Below, piece by piece: positions 10,518 to 19,797 of a stretch of DNA of 64,000 nucleotides. The stretch covers positions 326 through 64,325 of the forward strand of contig CAYRZU010000008.1 in the NCBI GenBank assembly GCA_964428895.1, written 5' to 3'. Origin of the DNA: an uncultured Planctomycetaceae bacterium (GTDB taxonomy: Bacteria > Planctomycetota > Phycisphaerae > SM23-33). The translations under genes and the position numbers were made by a program. Under the pieces are notes generated by a model. That model made no database searches and had not been told where the DNA came from. It was given only the letters and a program-made list of their open reading frames with translations. How positions within the stretch are numbered: the first letter of the stretch is position 1; each line of letters begins with the position of its first letter.

Positions 10518-11561
10518 TTACGCTCCGCAACGCTCGCGCAGCAGGGCCGACCATTCGAGGGCTTGGTCCTTGGATTCCGGGGCCACGCGGATGACGGTGC
10601 GGCAGCCGCAGTCGGGCAGGCGGTCGAACCAGACGTCCGGTTCTTGCCACCAGGCGCCGTCGTGCATCTGGCAGGAGCTATCGGCGAAGAACGGGTACGC
10701 GTCGAGCAATTGGTCTTCCGGCTGGACGAGGTTCAAGAGTTTGAGATTGGGGATCTTCTTGAGGCCGTCCCATTGGTGGCGGGCGTCGGCGCAGCAGTGG
10801 ATGCCGATGCCGCCGTAACGGTCGGACAGTTCCACCAGCCCCGGCAGGAAGAACTCCTCGAACATCTCGGTGTTGACGGCCCCGATCTCATCTTCCGAGA
10901 GCGTCAGCCCGCCGGTCATGGGGTAGAACGGGTAGTGGGCGATGTATTCCGTGCCGTAGCGGGTGAAGAACTCGTCGAAGTAAGCGATCAGCAGTTGCTT
11001 GGTCATCTCGGCCAATTCCTTGACGGCCTGGGGGGCGTCGAGGATGGCCATGTAGAAGGCGGTCTTCTCCCAGATCAGCGCGGCGATATCCATGGGACTT
11101 TGGATGTCGATCAGCTGGAGACGGCCCTCGGGGAATCGCTGGTGCAGCGCGTCGTGGTATTCGAAGTGACGGGCCATCGTGCCGGATAGGCCCGGCGTGG
11201 TCAGTTTGGCGACCTCTTCCGGTTTGGTGATCAACGGCCGCGCGCAGGGGTTCTGGTCGCCGGACTCGTAGTAGTGGACCGAACAGCCGAACGCTTCGGC
11301 GAATACCTCCGTGCCGGTGATGCCGAATAGGAACGGCACGAAGTCGTCATCGAGCCATTCGGCGCGCTCGAGATCCATTTCGTACTTCTTACAGGCGTAG
11401 TCGATCCGGGCCTGGTGGTTTTCCGGGATCGGCAGGGGGCACGGCAGGTCGGTCTCCCAGTAGTCGACCGTGAAAACATTGCGGTGCGGCTTGGCGAAGT
11501 CATAGAAATCGCGCCAGCGTTGGGCGCGTTCGGTAACGACAGCCGGTTCGTTCGAAACCAT
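10518..11561 (-). CDS. Uroporphyrinogen decarboxylase (URO-D/MtaA/CmuA) family protein
   Basis: AGGAGG RBS before ATG 11561; DIQSPMDIA, LSEDE, MFEEFFLP and IHCC motifs. Confidence 0.75.
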   Translation of the reverse strand: MVSNEPAVVTERAQRWRDFYDFAKPHRNVFTVDYWETDLPCPLPIPENHQARIDYACKKYEMDLERAEWLDDDFVPFLFGITGTEVFAEAFGCSVHYYESGDQNPCARPLITKPEEVAKLTTPGLSGTMARHFEYHDALHQRFPEGRLQLIDIQSPMDIAALIWEKTAFYMAILDAPQAVKELAEMTKQLLIAYFDEFFTRYGTEYIAHYPFYPMTGGLTLSEDEIGAVNTEMFEEFFLPGLVELSDRYGGIGIHCCADARHQWDGLKKIPNLKLLNLVQPEDQLLDAYPFFADSSCQMHDGAWWQEPDVWFDRLPDCGCRTVIRVAPESKDQALEWSALLRERCGA

Positions 11562-11726
11562 GGCACGACCTCCTACGGTGATCGCGAATTGTTCCCGAAG
11601 GTGGTCTCGGATGCAAGGGCGGGACGCACGATGAAAGACGAACCGACGCCGCAGGGCTAGGCGGGAAAAGCCCAAGCGGCGCCGGTCCAGACAACGCAGC
11701 AACTCGATGTTATTCGCCCGTGTGTG

Positions 11727-12834
11727 TTACGAGCGTTTGCGGCGGCGAAGCACAGCCAATCCACTGACCGCCAGCAGGCTCATCGTGGCGGGCTCGGGAA
11801 TGGCTTCCAGGGCGTTGATGTTCTCGAACTCCCCGCCGGTCGGCAGGCCGAAGTGGCCGACCACCGAGTGGGCGGTGTCCCAGATCTCGCCGCCGTGGGT
11901 GAGGAAGACGGCGGCGCCGGCGTCGAAGTCCCACACCCAGATCTCGCCACCGTCGAAGACGTCGACGGGTGCGATGGAGAACATGATGCTGTCGCCGCTG
12001 CCGAAGACCAGGTCCCCGCTGACGTCGAAGACCATCATCGCGTCCAGGTCAATCTGTTCGAATAGATCGGTCCGGCCGATCGCGCCAGCCAGGCTGGCGG
12101 CGGTGATGTAGGGCACGGCCGCTCCGGTGGAGTAATCCCACACCGAGATTCGGCCGCCGGCGCCGGCGGCCGGGTCGCCGGTAAGCGAGAACATGTCGGC
12201 GGCATAGCCGCCCGGGCCGCCCGGGCCCCCGACCGCCAGGCCGGGCCGCGCGGGTTCCTCCCCCCCCCCCCGTGCCGCGGGCGCGGGCGCGGGCGCCCGG
12301 GTCGCCGGTCAGCGAGAACTTGTCGGCGTCATCGCCGCCCGGGCCGCCCGGTCCCCAGACCTCCAGGCCGTCCACGTCGTCCGGAGGACTTGCGGCGTTG
12401 ATGATCGGGGCGGCTGCCCACACGCCGGTTTCCGGCACGAGGCCGTGAATCGGGGCGTGGTGAACCGGGGCGGTGTAAAGAATGTCCGGTAGGCCGGTGG
12501 TCGACAGCACCATGGTCGTGGCGTCGGCGTGGGAGACCTCGTCGTACAGGTAGTCGGCGTGGTGGGCGAGCGCGTCGACCCAGGTCGTGGTCTGCAACTC
12601 CGGCGGCAGGGCGGGCGTGTAATCGAACGTGTCGGCGGCGCCGCCCGTGCCGTCCCACCAGATATTCTGGTGCATGTCGATCAGGCCGGCGGCCGTTTCG
12701 TCCAAGTCGTTGGAGTACTCCTTGCCCGGCACGCTGGCGGGCCCAATCGGCGGTGTTCCGCCGGCCCAGACCGTCATCGGCCCAGCCAGCAGGGCAGCTA
12801 TGACCGCCAGTGTCATCCATACGTGGTTTCTCAT
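11727..12834 (-). CDS. PEP-CTERM exported protein (frame broken at about 12170-12370, probably an assembly artefact)
   Basis: Signal peptide MRNHVWMTLAVIAALLAGPMTVWA; C-terminal IPEPATMSLLAVSGLAVLRRRKRS; an internal imperfect duplication with a 127-bp offset shifts the frame. Confidence 0.8.
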
Positions 12835-13206
12835 GATCATCTTCCTTTCTCAAATCCAGAACTGATCGGTTCCCACCGAGGGGTTTTCAACTGTCAGCGA
12901 TTTGGTCTGTTCGCATCCGTGAACGAGACTTAGTGACATCCATTCCCGGATTGAGTTCGATAATCCCTGCACATATACGACTGAAGAGATAGGGTTTATC
13001 GGCCTCTTGTCCGGAGATATCTTAGTTAGCGGCTAAGAGAACCCAAATTCTTGAGAATACAGCGGTTTGGTAGGGCAATGCCGCCCGGATGGGACTGGTT
13101 TGATCTACTTTATCTAAGCGGAAACGGAGTGAGCGCTTAGCGTCTACAGTTGAAAGGTGTGGTTTTTTCGTCTTTACTGAAAAGGAGTAAGAATTTTCAG
13201 GCTTTG

Positions 13207-13686
13207 CTAGTCCATGGGCGATTGTTCGCTCAGGATGCGGACGTGGCGCATTTCTTCGGCGATGATCTCGTCGATCTTGTCGTGGCCCTTAGGGACCATC
13301 TCGCGGACGCCGAGGTAGAACAGGATGGCTTCCTTTTCCATGGCGATGGCCATCTCGAAGATCATCATCATGGTGGCCTGTCCGGCCAGGGACTGCATGG
13401 CCTCGTCGTGAAGTTGGAAGACTTTGCCGTGGACGAGCGATTGCACGTAGGCGACGGCCTCGCCGGCGTGGTCGACGTATTCGGTGCGGTCGTCCTCGTC
13501 GATCGAATCGGCCATCTGTTGAAAGAGCTTCTCGTGGCGGCGTTCCCAGTCAGCCATTTCCAGCAGGAGTTTTTTGGTGGCGTCCTGGCGGGCGTGCTTG
13601 GCGGCGGCGATGTAGAAGGCTTCGCCGTTCCGCTCGAGTTGCATGGCCATCTCAAAGACTTCTTCGAGCGCGTATTGTTGGGGCAT
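13207..13686 (-). CDS. Rubrerythrin/ferritin-like diiron protein
   Basis: AMQLERNGEAFY, WERRH, AIAMEKEAILFY and EEMRH (two E..ExxH halves). Confidence 0.85.
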   Translation of the reverse strand: MPQQYALEEVFEMAMQLERNGEAFYIAAAKHARQDATKKLLLEMADWERRHEKLFQQMADSIDEDDRTEYVDHAGEAVAYVQSLVHGKVFQLHDEAMQSLAGQATMMMIFEMAIAMEKEAILFYLGVREMVPKGHDKIDEIIAEEMRHVRILSEQSPMD

Positions 13687-13701
13687 CGTGGGCTCCCTGG
13701 C

Positions 13702-14529
13702 CTAGTTGCTGGCCGGCCGTCCACGAAATGGTAGGCAACCGGTGGGGCACTTGTCAGCAGCGATCTGCAATTGCTCTCTGTGGGTAGCCGGGTCGTAGGC
13801 GTCGTAGTCCAGGCGCGACAGGTTCTTCTTGAGGGCGAACAGGTCGGAGGCCTTGGCGCAGAGGCCGCAGGCGATACAGCCGACCTCGCAGGCGCTCCGA
13901 ACGGCGGCGCCGGGATCGCGGTTGTTGCAGGCGACCGTCAGCAAGGGCTCGGCCTTGAAGGGCAGGATGGTGATAATCGCTCGCGGGCAGGTCTGTGAGC
14001 ACGCGCCGCAGGCGGTGCACTTGTCGTAGTCGACGACGGCGAGCTGATCGATGATGTGGATGGCGTTGAATGGGCAGACCGCTTCGCAGTCGCCCAGGCC
14101 CAGGCAGCCGTAGGGGCAGGCCTGGATGCCGGCTACAAGATCGGCGGCGGCGCAGGAGCGCTCGCCCTGGTAGGCGGCCTGGCCGAGGCGGTCGGCGTCG
14201 ACAGCGCCGCAATGGACCACCGCGTAGTGGGCAAGACCGGCTGGCGCTTCCACGCCCATCAATGCCGCGACGGCCTCGGCCGAGCTGCGCCCGCCGGGCC
14301 GGCAGCGGTCGACCGGCTCGCGGTCGTTCACAACGCCGCGGGCGTATTCGTTGCAGGTGGGGTGGCCGCATTGGCCGCAATCCAGCCCCGCCAACGCCGC
14401 TTCGACCTCAGCTACGAACGGATATTCGGTGACGGCCCACTTCCCGTGCGCGCGGATGAGGACGACGGCCATCACCGCCGCCAAGGCCAACATCACCCCC
14501 ACCGAAATGGCCACGATCAGCCAGGTCAT
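13702..14529 (-). CDS. rnfB: RnfB-like membrane-anchored Fe-S electron transfer protein
   Basis: N-terminal TM helix; DCGQCGHPTC...CRPGG FeS domain; CPYGCLGLGDCEAVCPF, CTACGACSQTCP and GCIACGLC. Confidence 0.8.
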   Translation of the reverse strand: MTWLIVAISVGVMLALAAVMAVVLIRAHGKWAVTEYPFVAEVEAALAGLDCGQCGHPTCNEYARGVVNDREPVDRCRPGGRSSAEAVAALMGVEAPAGLAHYAVVHCGAVDADRLGQAAYQGERSCAAADLVAGIQACPYGCLGLGDCEAVCPFNAIHIIDQLAVVDYDKCTACGACSQTCPRAIITILPFKAEPLLTVACNNRDPGAAVRSACEVGCIACGLCAKASDLFALKKNLSRLDYDAYDPATHREQLQIAADKCPTGCLPFRGRPASN

Positions 14530-14560
14530 GTCGGTCGATCCCAAGACGCTATCTAGTGAA

Positions 14561-14590
14561 AGGGTGGCGGGGCAGGAGCCCCGCCACCCT
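14561..14590 (-). terminator. GC-rich hairpin downstream of hcp
   Basis: AGGGTGGCGGGGC-AGGA-GCCCCGCCACCCT perfect 13-bp stem with a short T run on the minus strand. Confidence 0.5.
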
Positions 14591-14639
14591 AGGCGCGTGA
14601 TTACATGATAGGCCCGTGATGGGCCGTTTCCAAAAACAC

Positions 14640-16289
14640 CTACGCCAGCGCCGCGGCGATGTCTTCGGCCGGGGTGCTGACCGGGGCGAGGCCGAATTTT
14701 TCGACCAGCACATTCAGTACCGCCGGGCCGATGAAGGCCGGCAGGGACGGGCCGATCTTGATGTTCAGCACGCCCAGGTGCAGCAGCGTCAGCAGAATGC
14801 AGCAGGCCTTCTGCTCGTACCAGCTCAGCACCATCGTCAGCGGCAGGTCGTTGACGCCGCAGTCGAACGCGTCGGCCAGGGCCAAGGCGATCTGGATGGC
14901 CGAATAGGCGTCGTTGCACTGGCCGATGTCCAACAGCCGCGGAATGCCGCCGATGTCGCCGAAGTCCAACTTGTTGAAGCGGTACTTGCCGCACGCCAGC
15001 GTAAGGATGGCGCAATCGTCGGGAACGGCCTGGGCCAGCTCGGTGTAGTAATTGCGGCCGGGCTTGGCGCCGTCGCAACCGCCGATCAGGAAGAAGTGCT
15101 TCAACGCGCCGGCCTTGACGGCCTCGATGACCTTGCCGGCCACGCTCATCACGGTGTTGCGGGCGAAGCCGATGGTGATGGTCTGCGCAGCTTCGTCGCC
15201 CGCAAAGCCGTCCGCCGCCAACGCCGCGTCGATCACGGGCGAGAAGTCCTTCTTGCCGGATGCATCGGCGTCGATATGCGTCAGGCCGGGCCAACCGACC
15301 AGGCCGGTGGTGAAGATGTTGGCCGCGTAACTGTTCTTGGGCTTCTGGATGCAGTTGGTCGTCATCAGAATGGCGCCCGGGAACGCGGCGAACTCCTTGG
15401 CCTGGTCTTGCCACGCCCCGCCGTAGTTGCCGACCAGGTGGTCGAACTTCTTCAACTCGGGGTAGGCCAGCGCCGGCAGCATTTCGCCGTGGGTGTAAAC
15501 GTTCACGCCCTTGCCGGCGGTTTGTTCCAACAGCATCGCCAGGTCTTGCAGGTCGTGGCCGGAAACCAAAATGCACTTGCCCGCCACGGGCGTGACCCGC
15601 ACTTCGGTGGGCTCGGGATGGCCGAACGTGGAGGTGTTGCCCTCGTCCAGCAGGCCCATCACGGTGAAGTTGACCTCGCCGACCTTCAGCGCGCAGCCGA
15701 CCAGCGTGTCGACGTCGGTGGGGTCGTCGGCCAGGAAACTCAGGGCCTCGTGGAAGAAGCCGTACGCGGCGTCATCGTCTTGGCCGAGGATGTGGGCGTG
15801 GTCGGCGTAGGCGGCCGTGCCCTTGAGGCCGTAGAGCACCAACTCTTGCAGGCCGGCAACGTCGGCGCCGAACTTCTCGATGCGGTCGGCTTTGTTGAGG
15901 GCCTCGCCTTGGGCAACCAGGCCGGCCAGGTCCGCCGCGGGCGTCCACTGGGCCGGGCCGGTCAGTTCGTCGGACCCGCCGGCGGATTCATACAGCTTGC
16001 GGGCGGCGTCCTTGACGGCCGCGGCGCGATTCAGCCACGCCACCAGCGCGTCGGCATCAAAGTTGACGTTGGTGACCGTCACGAACAAGGCTTCCGTGAC
16101 AAACAGGTCGATCTGGCGATCGATGGCACCGGCCTGGCGGGCGCGATGCGCGTATTGGCTGATGCCCTCGCAGGCGAAGACCAGCAGGTCCTGCAGAGCG
16201 GCGACCTCGGGCTTCTTCCCGCAGACGCCGGACTTGGTGCAGCCGGTTCCGCCGGCGGTTTGTTCGCATTGGTAACAGAACATCGTCAT
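14640..16289 (-). CDS. hcp: Hybrid cluster protein (hydroxylamine reductase)
   Basis: MFCYQCEQTAGGTGCTKSGVCGK, SGHDL, YTHGEMLP, GGCDG, LACGKYRFN, GQCNDAYSA and SWYEQKA. Confidence 0.97.
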   Translation of the reverse strand: MTMFCYQCEQTAGGTGCTKSGVCGKKPEVAALQDLLVFACEGISQYAHRARQAGAIDRQIDLFVTEALFVTVTNVNFDADALVAWLNRAAAVKDAARKLYESAGGSDELTGPAQWTPAADLAGLVAQGEALNKADRIEKFGADVAGLQELVLYGLKGTAAYADHAHILGQDDDAAYGFFHEALSFLADDPTDVDTLVGCALKVGEVNFTVMGLLDEGNTSTFGHPEPTEVRVTPVAGKCILVSGHDLQDLAMLLEQTAGKGVNVYTHGEMLPALAYPELKKFDHLVGNYGGAWQDQAKEFAAFPGAILMTTNCIQKPKNSYAANIFTTGLVGWPGLTHIDADASGKKDFSPVIDAALAADGFAGDEAAQTITIGFARNTVMSVAGKVIEAVKAGALKHFFLIGGCDGAKPGRNYYTELAQAVPDDCAILTLACGKYRFNKLDFGDIGGIPRLLDIGQCNDAYSAIQIALALADAFDCGVNDLPLTMVLSWYEQKACCILLTLLHLGVLNIKIGPSLPAFIGPAVLNVLVEKFGLAPVSTPAEDIAAALA

Positions 16290-16310
16290 CGGTGACTCCT
16301 TCTTGGCCGG

Positions 16311-16568
16311 TTAGGCCGCTTTGGTCAGCATGTCGGTGTTGCAGCAGCGGGGGGTGAAGGTGTCGGCCCTGTTCTTGCCGCTGCGGATCAGTCCAATCTC
16401 GGCCCCGCACACGGGGCATCTGTAGAAACTCACGGTTTGGGGTTGGGCGACCATGGCGGTGTTGCAGCAGCGCGGGACGAACTCGCCGTGGGTGGCCACG
16501 AGAATCGTGATCTCGGCCCCGCAAACGCCGCAGCGGCAGACCAGCCCTGCACTGGCGATGCCGGTCAT
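16311..16568 (-). CDS. Tandem desulforedoxin-like (CxxC...CC) x2 small protein
   Basis: MTGIASAGLVCRCGVCG...PRCCNTAM...YRCPVCG...PRCCNTDM; start overlaps the upstream gene's stop. Confidence 0.7.
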   Translation of the reverse strand: MTGIASAGLVCRCGVCGAEITILVATHGEFVPRCCNTAMVAQPQTVSFYRCPVCGAEIGLIRSGKNRADTFTPRCCNTDMLTKAA

Positions 16569-16768
16569 GATGTCTCCTCCGGCGCCTGGACCAATTCCAT
16601 GGCCTTGCCGCAGCAGCGCAGGTCCATGATGCCCAGGCCCCCGCGGGTGACCATCACCACGTTGCCGCACTCGCGGCAGACGTAGGTGCTGCCGACGTGG
16701 ATGGTCAGGGCCTGCTCCCAGTCGTCGAGGTCCCATTCCGGCGGGGAGTGTTCGGGTTGCTTGCTCAT
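16565..16768 (-). CDS. Desulforedoxin-like small protein
   Basis: YVCRECGNVVMVTRGGLGIMDLRCCGKAM matches the desulforedoxin pattern; AGGAG RBS. Confidence 0.75.
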   Translation of the reverse strand: MSKQPEHSPPEWDLDDWEQALTIHVGSTYVCRECGNVVMVTRGGLGIMDLRCCGKAMELVQAPEETS

Positions 16769-16859
16769 CGCGGGTGCTCCTGCGGCGCACGCGCGCAAAC
16801 CGCCGCGGCGCCTTCGGCGGGGTGTAAGAAGAAATGCCCACTCAGCCTGGTGGCCGGTG

Positions 16860-17048
16860 TTAGTCGTCGATTTCGATCGCGGAGGTGGGGCAGGTTTCGG
16901 CGGCCTCGCGGCAGGCGTCGGCCAGCTCGTCGGGCACGTCCGATATCTTGGCGACAGCCACCCCGTCGTCGCTCAGGTCGAACAGGTCCGGGCAGATGTC
17001 GATGCAGAGGCCACAACCGGTGCAGGCGTCGGATACGGTCACCTTCAT
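16860..17048 (-). CDS. Single-cluster ferredoxin
   Basis: CTGCGLCIDICPDLF...AAETCPTSAI; AAGGAG RBS. Confidence 0.92.
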   Translation of the reverse strand: MKVTVSDACTGCGLCIDICPDLFDLSDDGVAVAKISDVPDELADACREAAETCPTSAIEIDD

Positions 17049-17099
17049 GGTCGCTCTCCTTGGTCGCCGCCAGGGGGCGGGCGTTGTCGATTCGTCCGT

Positions 17100-17861
17100 T
17101 CATCCTGCCACCGAGACCCCGTTGATGTCCAGCATTTCACCGGCCACGCTGAGCGTAATTATGGTTACCGGAACCGACGTTCCGGCCGCCTCCAACGCCT
17201 TCCGGACGATCATATCCAATCCGCAGCAGGGGACCTCCATCCGGGCGATGGTGATTGAGGCGACGGTGTTGGCTGCGAAGATGCGGCTGAGCTTTTCGAC
17301 GTAGGCTTCGGCGTCATCCAGCTTCGGACAGGCGATGGCCAGCGTTCGGCCGGCCAGCAGCCGCGAGTGGAAGTCCCCCATGGCAAACGCGGCGCAGTCG
17401 GCGGCGATTAGGACGTCGGCCCCGTCCCACAGGTCTGTCTCAGCCGGCAGCAGCGTCAGTTGCACCGGCCATTGTTCCAGACGGCTGGGCGAGGGCCCCG
17501 CCGCCGGGGCCGCGGCGTCACCGCCTTGCAGCTTGCGGAGCATCGAGCCCGGACAGCCTTTCTTGGGCGCCCCGGCCGTCGCGGACGGACAGCCCGTCGG
17601 CTCGGCGGGCGCCGCCTCGGCCAGATGCTGCTCGACGGCGGCCTCATCGAACGCCTCAGCCTCACGCAGTTCGATGGTGATCGCATCCTTGGGGCAAACG
17701 CCCAGGCAGTTGCCCAGCCCGTCGCAGAGATTATCCGCCGACAGGACGGCCTTGCCATCGATCAGTTCGATAGCGCCCTCGGCACAACTGGGGATGCACA
17801 GGCCGCACCCGTCGCATTTGTCGGGGTCAATGTGAACGATCTCGCGAGCTTTGCCAGCCAT
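17100..17861 (-). CDS. 4Fe-4S dicluster protein of the hcp-associated (FrdX-like) type
   Basis: CDGCGLCIPSCAEGAI, CDGLGNCLGVCP, GCPGS, QWPVQL, IAADC, ACPKLD and MEVPCC. Confidence 0.85.
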   Translation of the reverse strand: MAGKAREIVHIDPDKCDGCGLCIPSCAEGAIELIDGKAVLSADNLCDGLGNCLGVCPKDAITIELREAEAFDEAAVEQHLAEAAPAEPTGCPSATAGAPKKGCPGSMLRKLQGGDAAAPAAGPSPSRLEQWPVQLTLLPAETDLWDGADVLIAADCAAFAMGDFHSRLLAGRTLAIACPKLDDAEAYVEKLSRIFAANTVASITIARMEVPCCGLDMIVRKALEAAGTSVPVTIITLSVAGEMLDINGVSVAG

Positions 17862-17921
17862 CGGTGCGGTCTCCCGTGTTCGTTGAAGCTCCCACCATTA
17901 TTGCCAGCAACCCTACCGACC

Positions 17922-17941
17922 ACCTTGATACAAGTCAAGGT
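17922..17941. promoter_or_regulatory. Crp/Fnr-family (FNR/Dnr/HcpR-type) operator
   Basis: ACCTTGATACAAGTCAAGGT contains TTGAT-N4-GTCAA within a 7-bp-arm palindrome, about 60 bp upstream of the first gene of the hcp cluster. Confidence 0.75.
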
Positions 17942-18152
17942 TGGCCAACTTTTCTAGGTTATTGTTGTTCAGGCTCTTCGGACGGTCCTGGCGGGGCGGG
18001 GACTTGACGGCGGCGAATGGGTCTGTTAAGTTCAGTGGGTCGCGGGGTTGTTCATCTCTTCACGCCCAGGGGCGCGCATGCCCCCGTACTCGGTCTATCA
18101 AGGCAGTCGTACGCATTCTCTGCCGAGGGAGTCGATTGGGAGGTACCACGTC

Positions 18153-19748
18153 ATGGCACGTTTCGTCTTTGGTGATGAGGCCGCAGAATGGGATGATCTT
18201 CTTCCGGAGTGTTACATTCCCGGCACGTCGGCGGACAAGTCGATTCTGGTCGGTCGGTGGGGCACGGGGAAGTCGGCTATCCTTCTCAGTCATGCCCGAC
18301 AGCTTTGTGAGTTGCTCGATGAACCTACCACTCCGCCGCCGTTTTGGTACATCCGAGAGGAAGCCTTTGACGTGCGAGGTCTGTTGGCGCTTCGGCAGGA
18401 ACACGAAGGTGATCGACAGTTGTTCATCACCGCGCTGGAGGAAGTGTGGAAGGCCGAGCTACTCCGGACGGCGTGCGCCGTTCTCAACCGTCTTCGCGAT
18501 CCCATCGACGGGTGCGACGGGAAGCACTGGGATGTGGTGACCGCGATCGCCAAGAAGGGCGCATTGCGGCGGTCTCTCTGGAAGCAACTGCCTGATATCA
18601 TCGCATTGATCTTCGGGCGGCAACGGGGTGAGTCGTTGCGAGGCGTTCAACGAGAGGTGGAGAACGTCTTCCTGGACACCACCTTCCCCAATGTACAGCA
18701 GTGCCTTACGGACCTGGCCGCCAAGGACATACGCCCGGTCATCTGTATCGAGCCCATCGAGACACCCACTGGGGCCCTGGAGGAGAAGGTTGGCCTGGCC
18801 CAAGGGATCGTCACCTCGCTGCTAAATGTCTTTCAGAGCACGTTCCGCCCGCATTCGACCCAACTGCTGGACGTGCGTGTGGCCATTCCGTGGCATCGGT
18901 ATGATCGCGACACGCTGAACTTCCCTCAGAAGCTGGAGGAGTTCCGGGGAGATATCTACTGGGACGAAGAGGCCCTTAAGGACTTCATCAATCGCCGCAT
19001 TACGTGGGAATTCAAGCGGGTCGGCCGAAAGGTATCGTCCGGGTCGGACGCATGGAAGCAGTTGTTCGAACCCCGGGTCCGCAACGATCACTGTGAGGGA
19101 GCGATTCAAGAGGATTCCTTCGCGTACGTTCTGCGCCATACCCATTACCGTGCCCGTGACATTCAGAAGTTCGCCCGGCTGTGCGTGGAAGGCTATGCGG
19201 CCGAGAAAGAAATCCAGCGGGACGATGTACTGCGCGGGCGGAACGGTCTCAAAGTCAGCCAGAGTTGCATTCGCAAGGTGGTCCGGGAGGAATCCCAGAA
19301 CATGGCGACGCTGCTGAGAACGGAGGGTTGGAGGCGGTACTCGGCCTTGCCCAGGATCCTGGATGAGTTGCAGGGCATGGCGGTGCCCTTTTCCCTCAAG
19401 CAGCTTGATCAACGCCTGGCGGACATGGCCGACGTCGATGTCAACATTGCCCTGAGCATCCTGTGGCGGTGCGGCGTGGTCGGTGTTTTCATTCGCCCGA
19501 AGGATCAAAAGCATGTGAAGCAGCTTCAGGATGACTTCGGACTCGACGGTTTTCGTCAGTACCAAATTGCTGGCGGGCAGAAGGTACAGGGGTGGTCCCT
19601 GTTCGCTTACTCGTGGACGGGGCGCCCGGGGGAACTGCTGACCCGATATGCGGATTCCGATGCCGGGGGCGCCAAACTGATCCTTCACCCCCAGCTCTTC
19701 GAGTACTTGGCCGCGCACCCCGAACGAGGCATGCCCATGGGCGCGTAG
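18153..19748 (+). CDS. P-loop ATPase, Sll1717/FunZ-like family
   Basis: GGGAGG RBS; N-terminal FGDEAAEWD; Walker A GRWGTGKS; RHTHYRARD (RPRD-like); wHTH-like LSILWRCGVVG; C-terminal LHPQLFEYL. Confidence 0.75.
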   Translation: MARFVFGDEAAEWDDLLPECYIPGTSADKSILVGRWGTGKSAILLSHARQLCELLDEPTTPPPFWYIREEAFDVRGLLALRQEHEGDRQLFITALEEVWKAELLRTACAVLNRLRDPIDGCDGKHWDVVTAIAKKGALRRSLWKQLPDIIALIFGRQRGESLRGVQREVENVFLDTTFPNVQQCLTDLAAKDIRPVICIEPIETPTGALEEKVGLAQGIVTSLLNVFQSTFRPHSTQLLDVRVAIPWHRYDRDTLNFPQKLEEFRGDIYWDEEALKDFINRRITWEFKRVGRKVSSGSDAWKQLFEPRVRNDHCEGAIQEDSFAYVLRHTHYRARDIQKFARLCVEGYAAEKEIQRDDVLRGRNGLKVSQSCIRKVVREESQNMATLLRTEGWRRYSALPRILDELQGMAVPFSLKQLDQRLADMADVDVNIALSILWRCGVVGVFIRPKDQKHVKQLQDDFGLDGFRQYQIAGGQKVQGWSLFAYSWTGRPGELLTRYADSDAGGAKLILHPQLFEYLAAHPERGMPMGA

Positions 19749-19797
19749 GGAGCGGGTGGAGAGAGAACGGACAATATCCTTGCAGGAGAGGTGACAC

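Noticed and set aside
13018-13040. TCTTAG-N7-CTAAGA palindrome upstream of the PEP-CTERM gene
   Set aside because: Single short occurrence with no second site to support an operator call.
13702-15576. 624-aa ORF apparently fusing an Arg-rich region to RnfB
   Set aside because: The first ~350 codons are an alternative frame inside hcp; the real gene starts at ATG 14529 with a TM helix.
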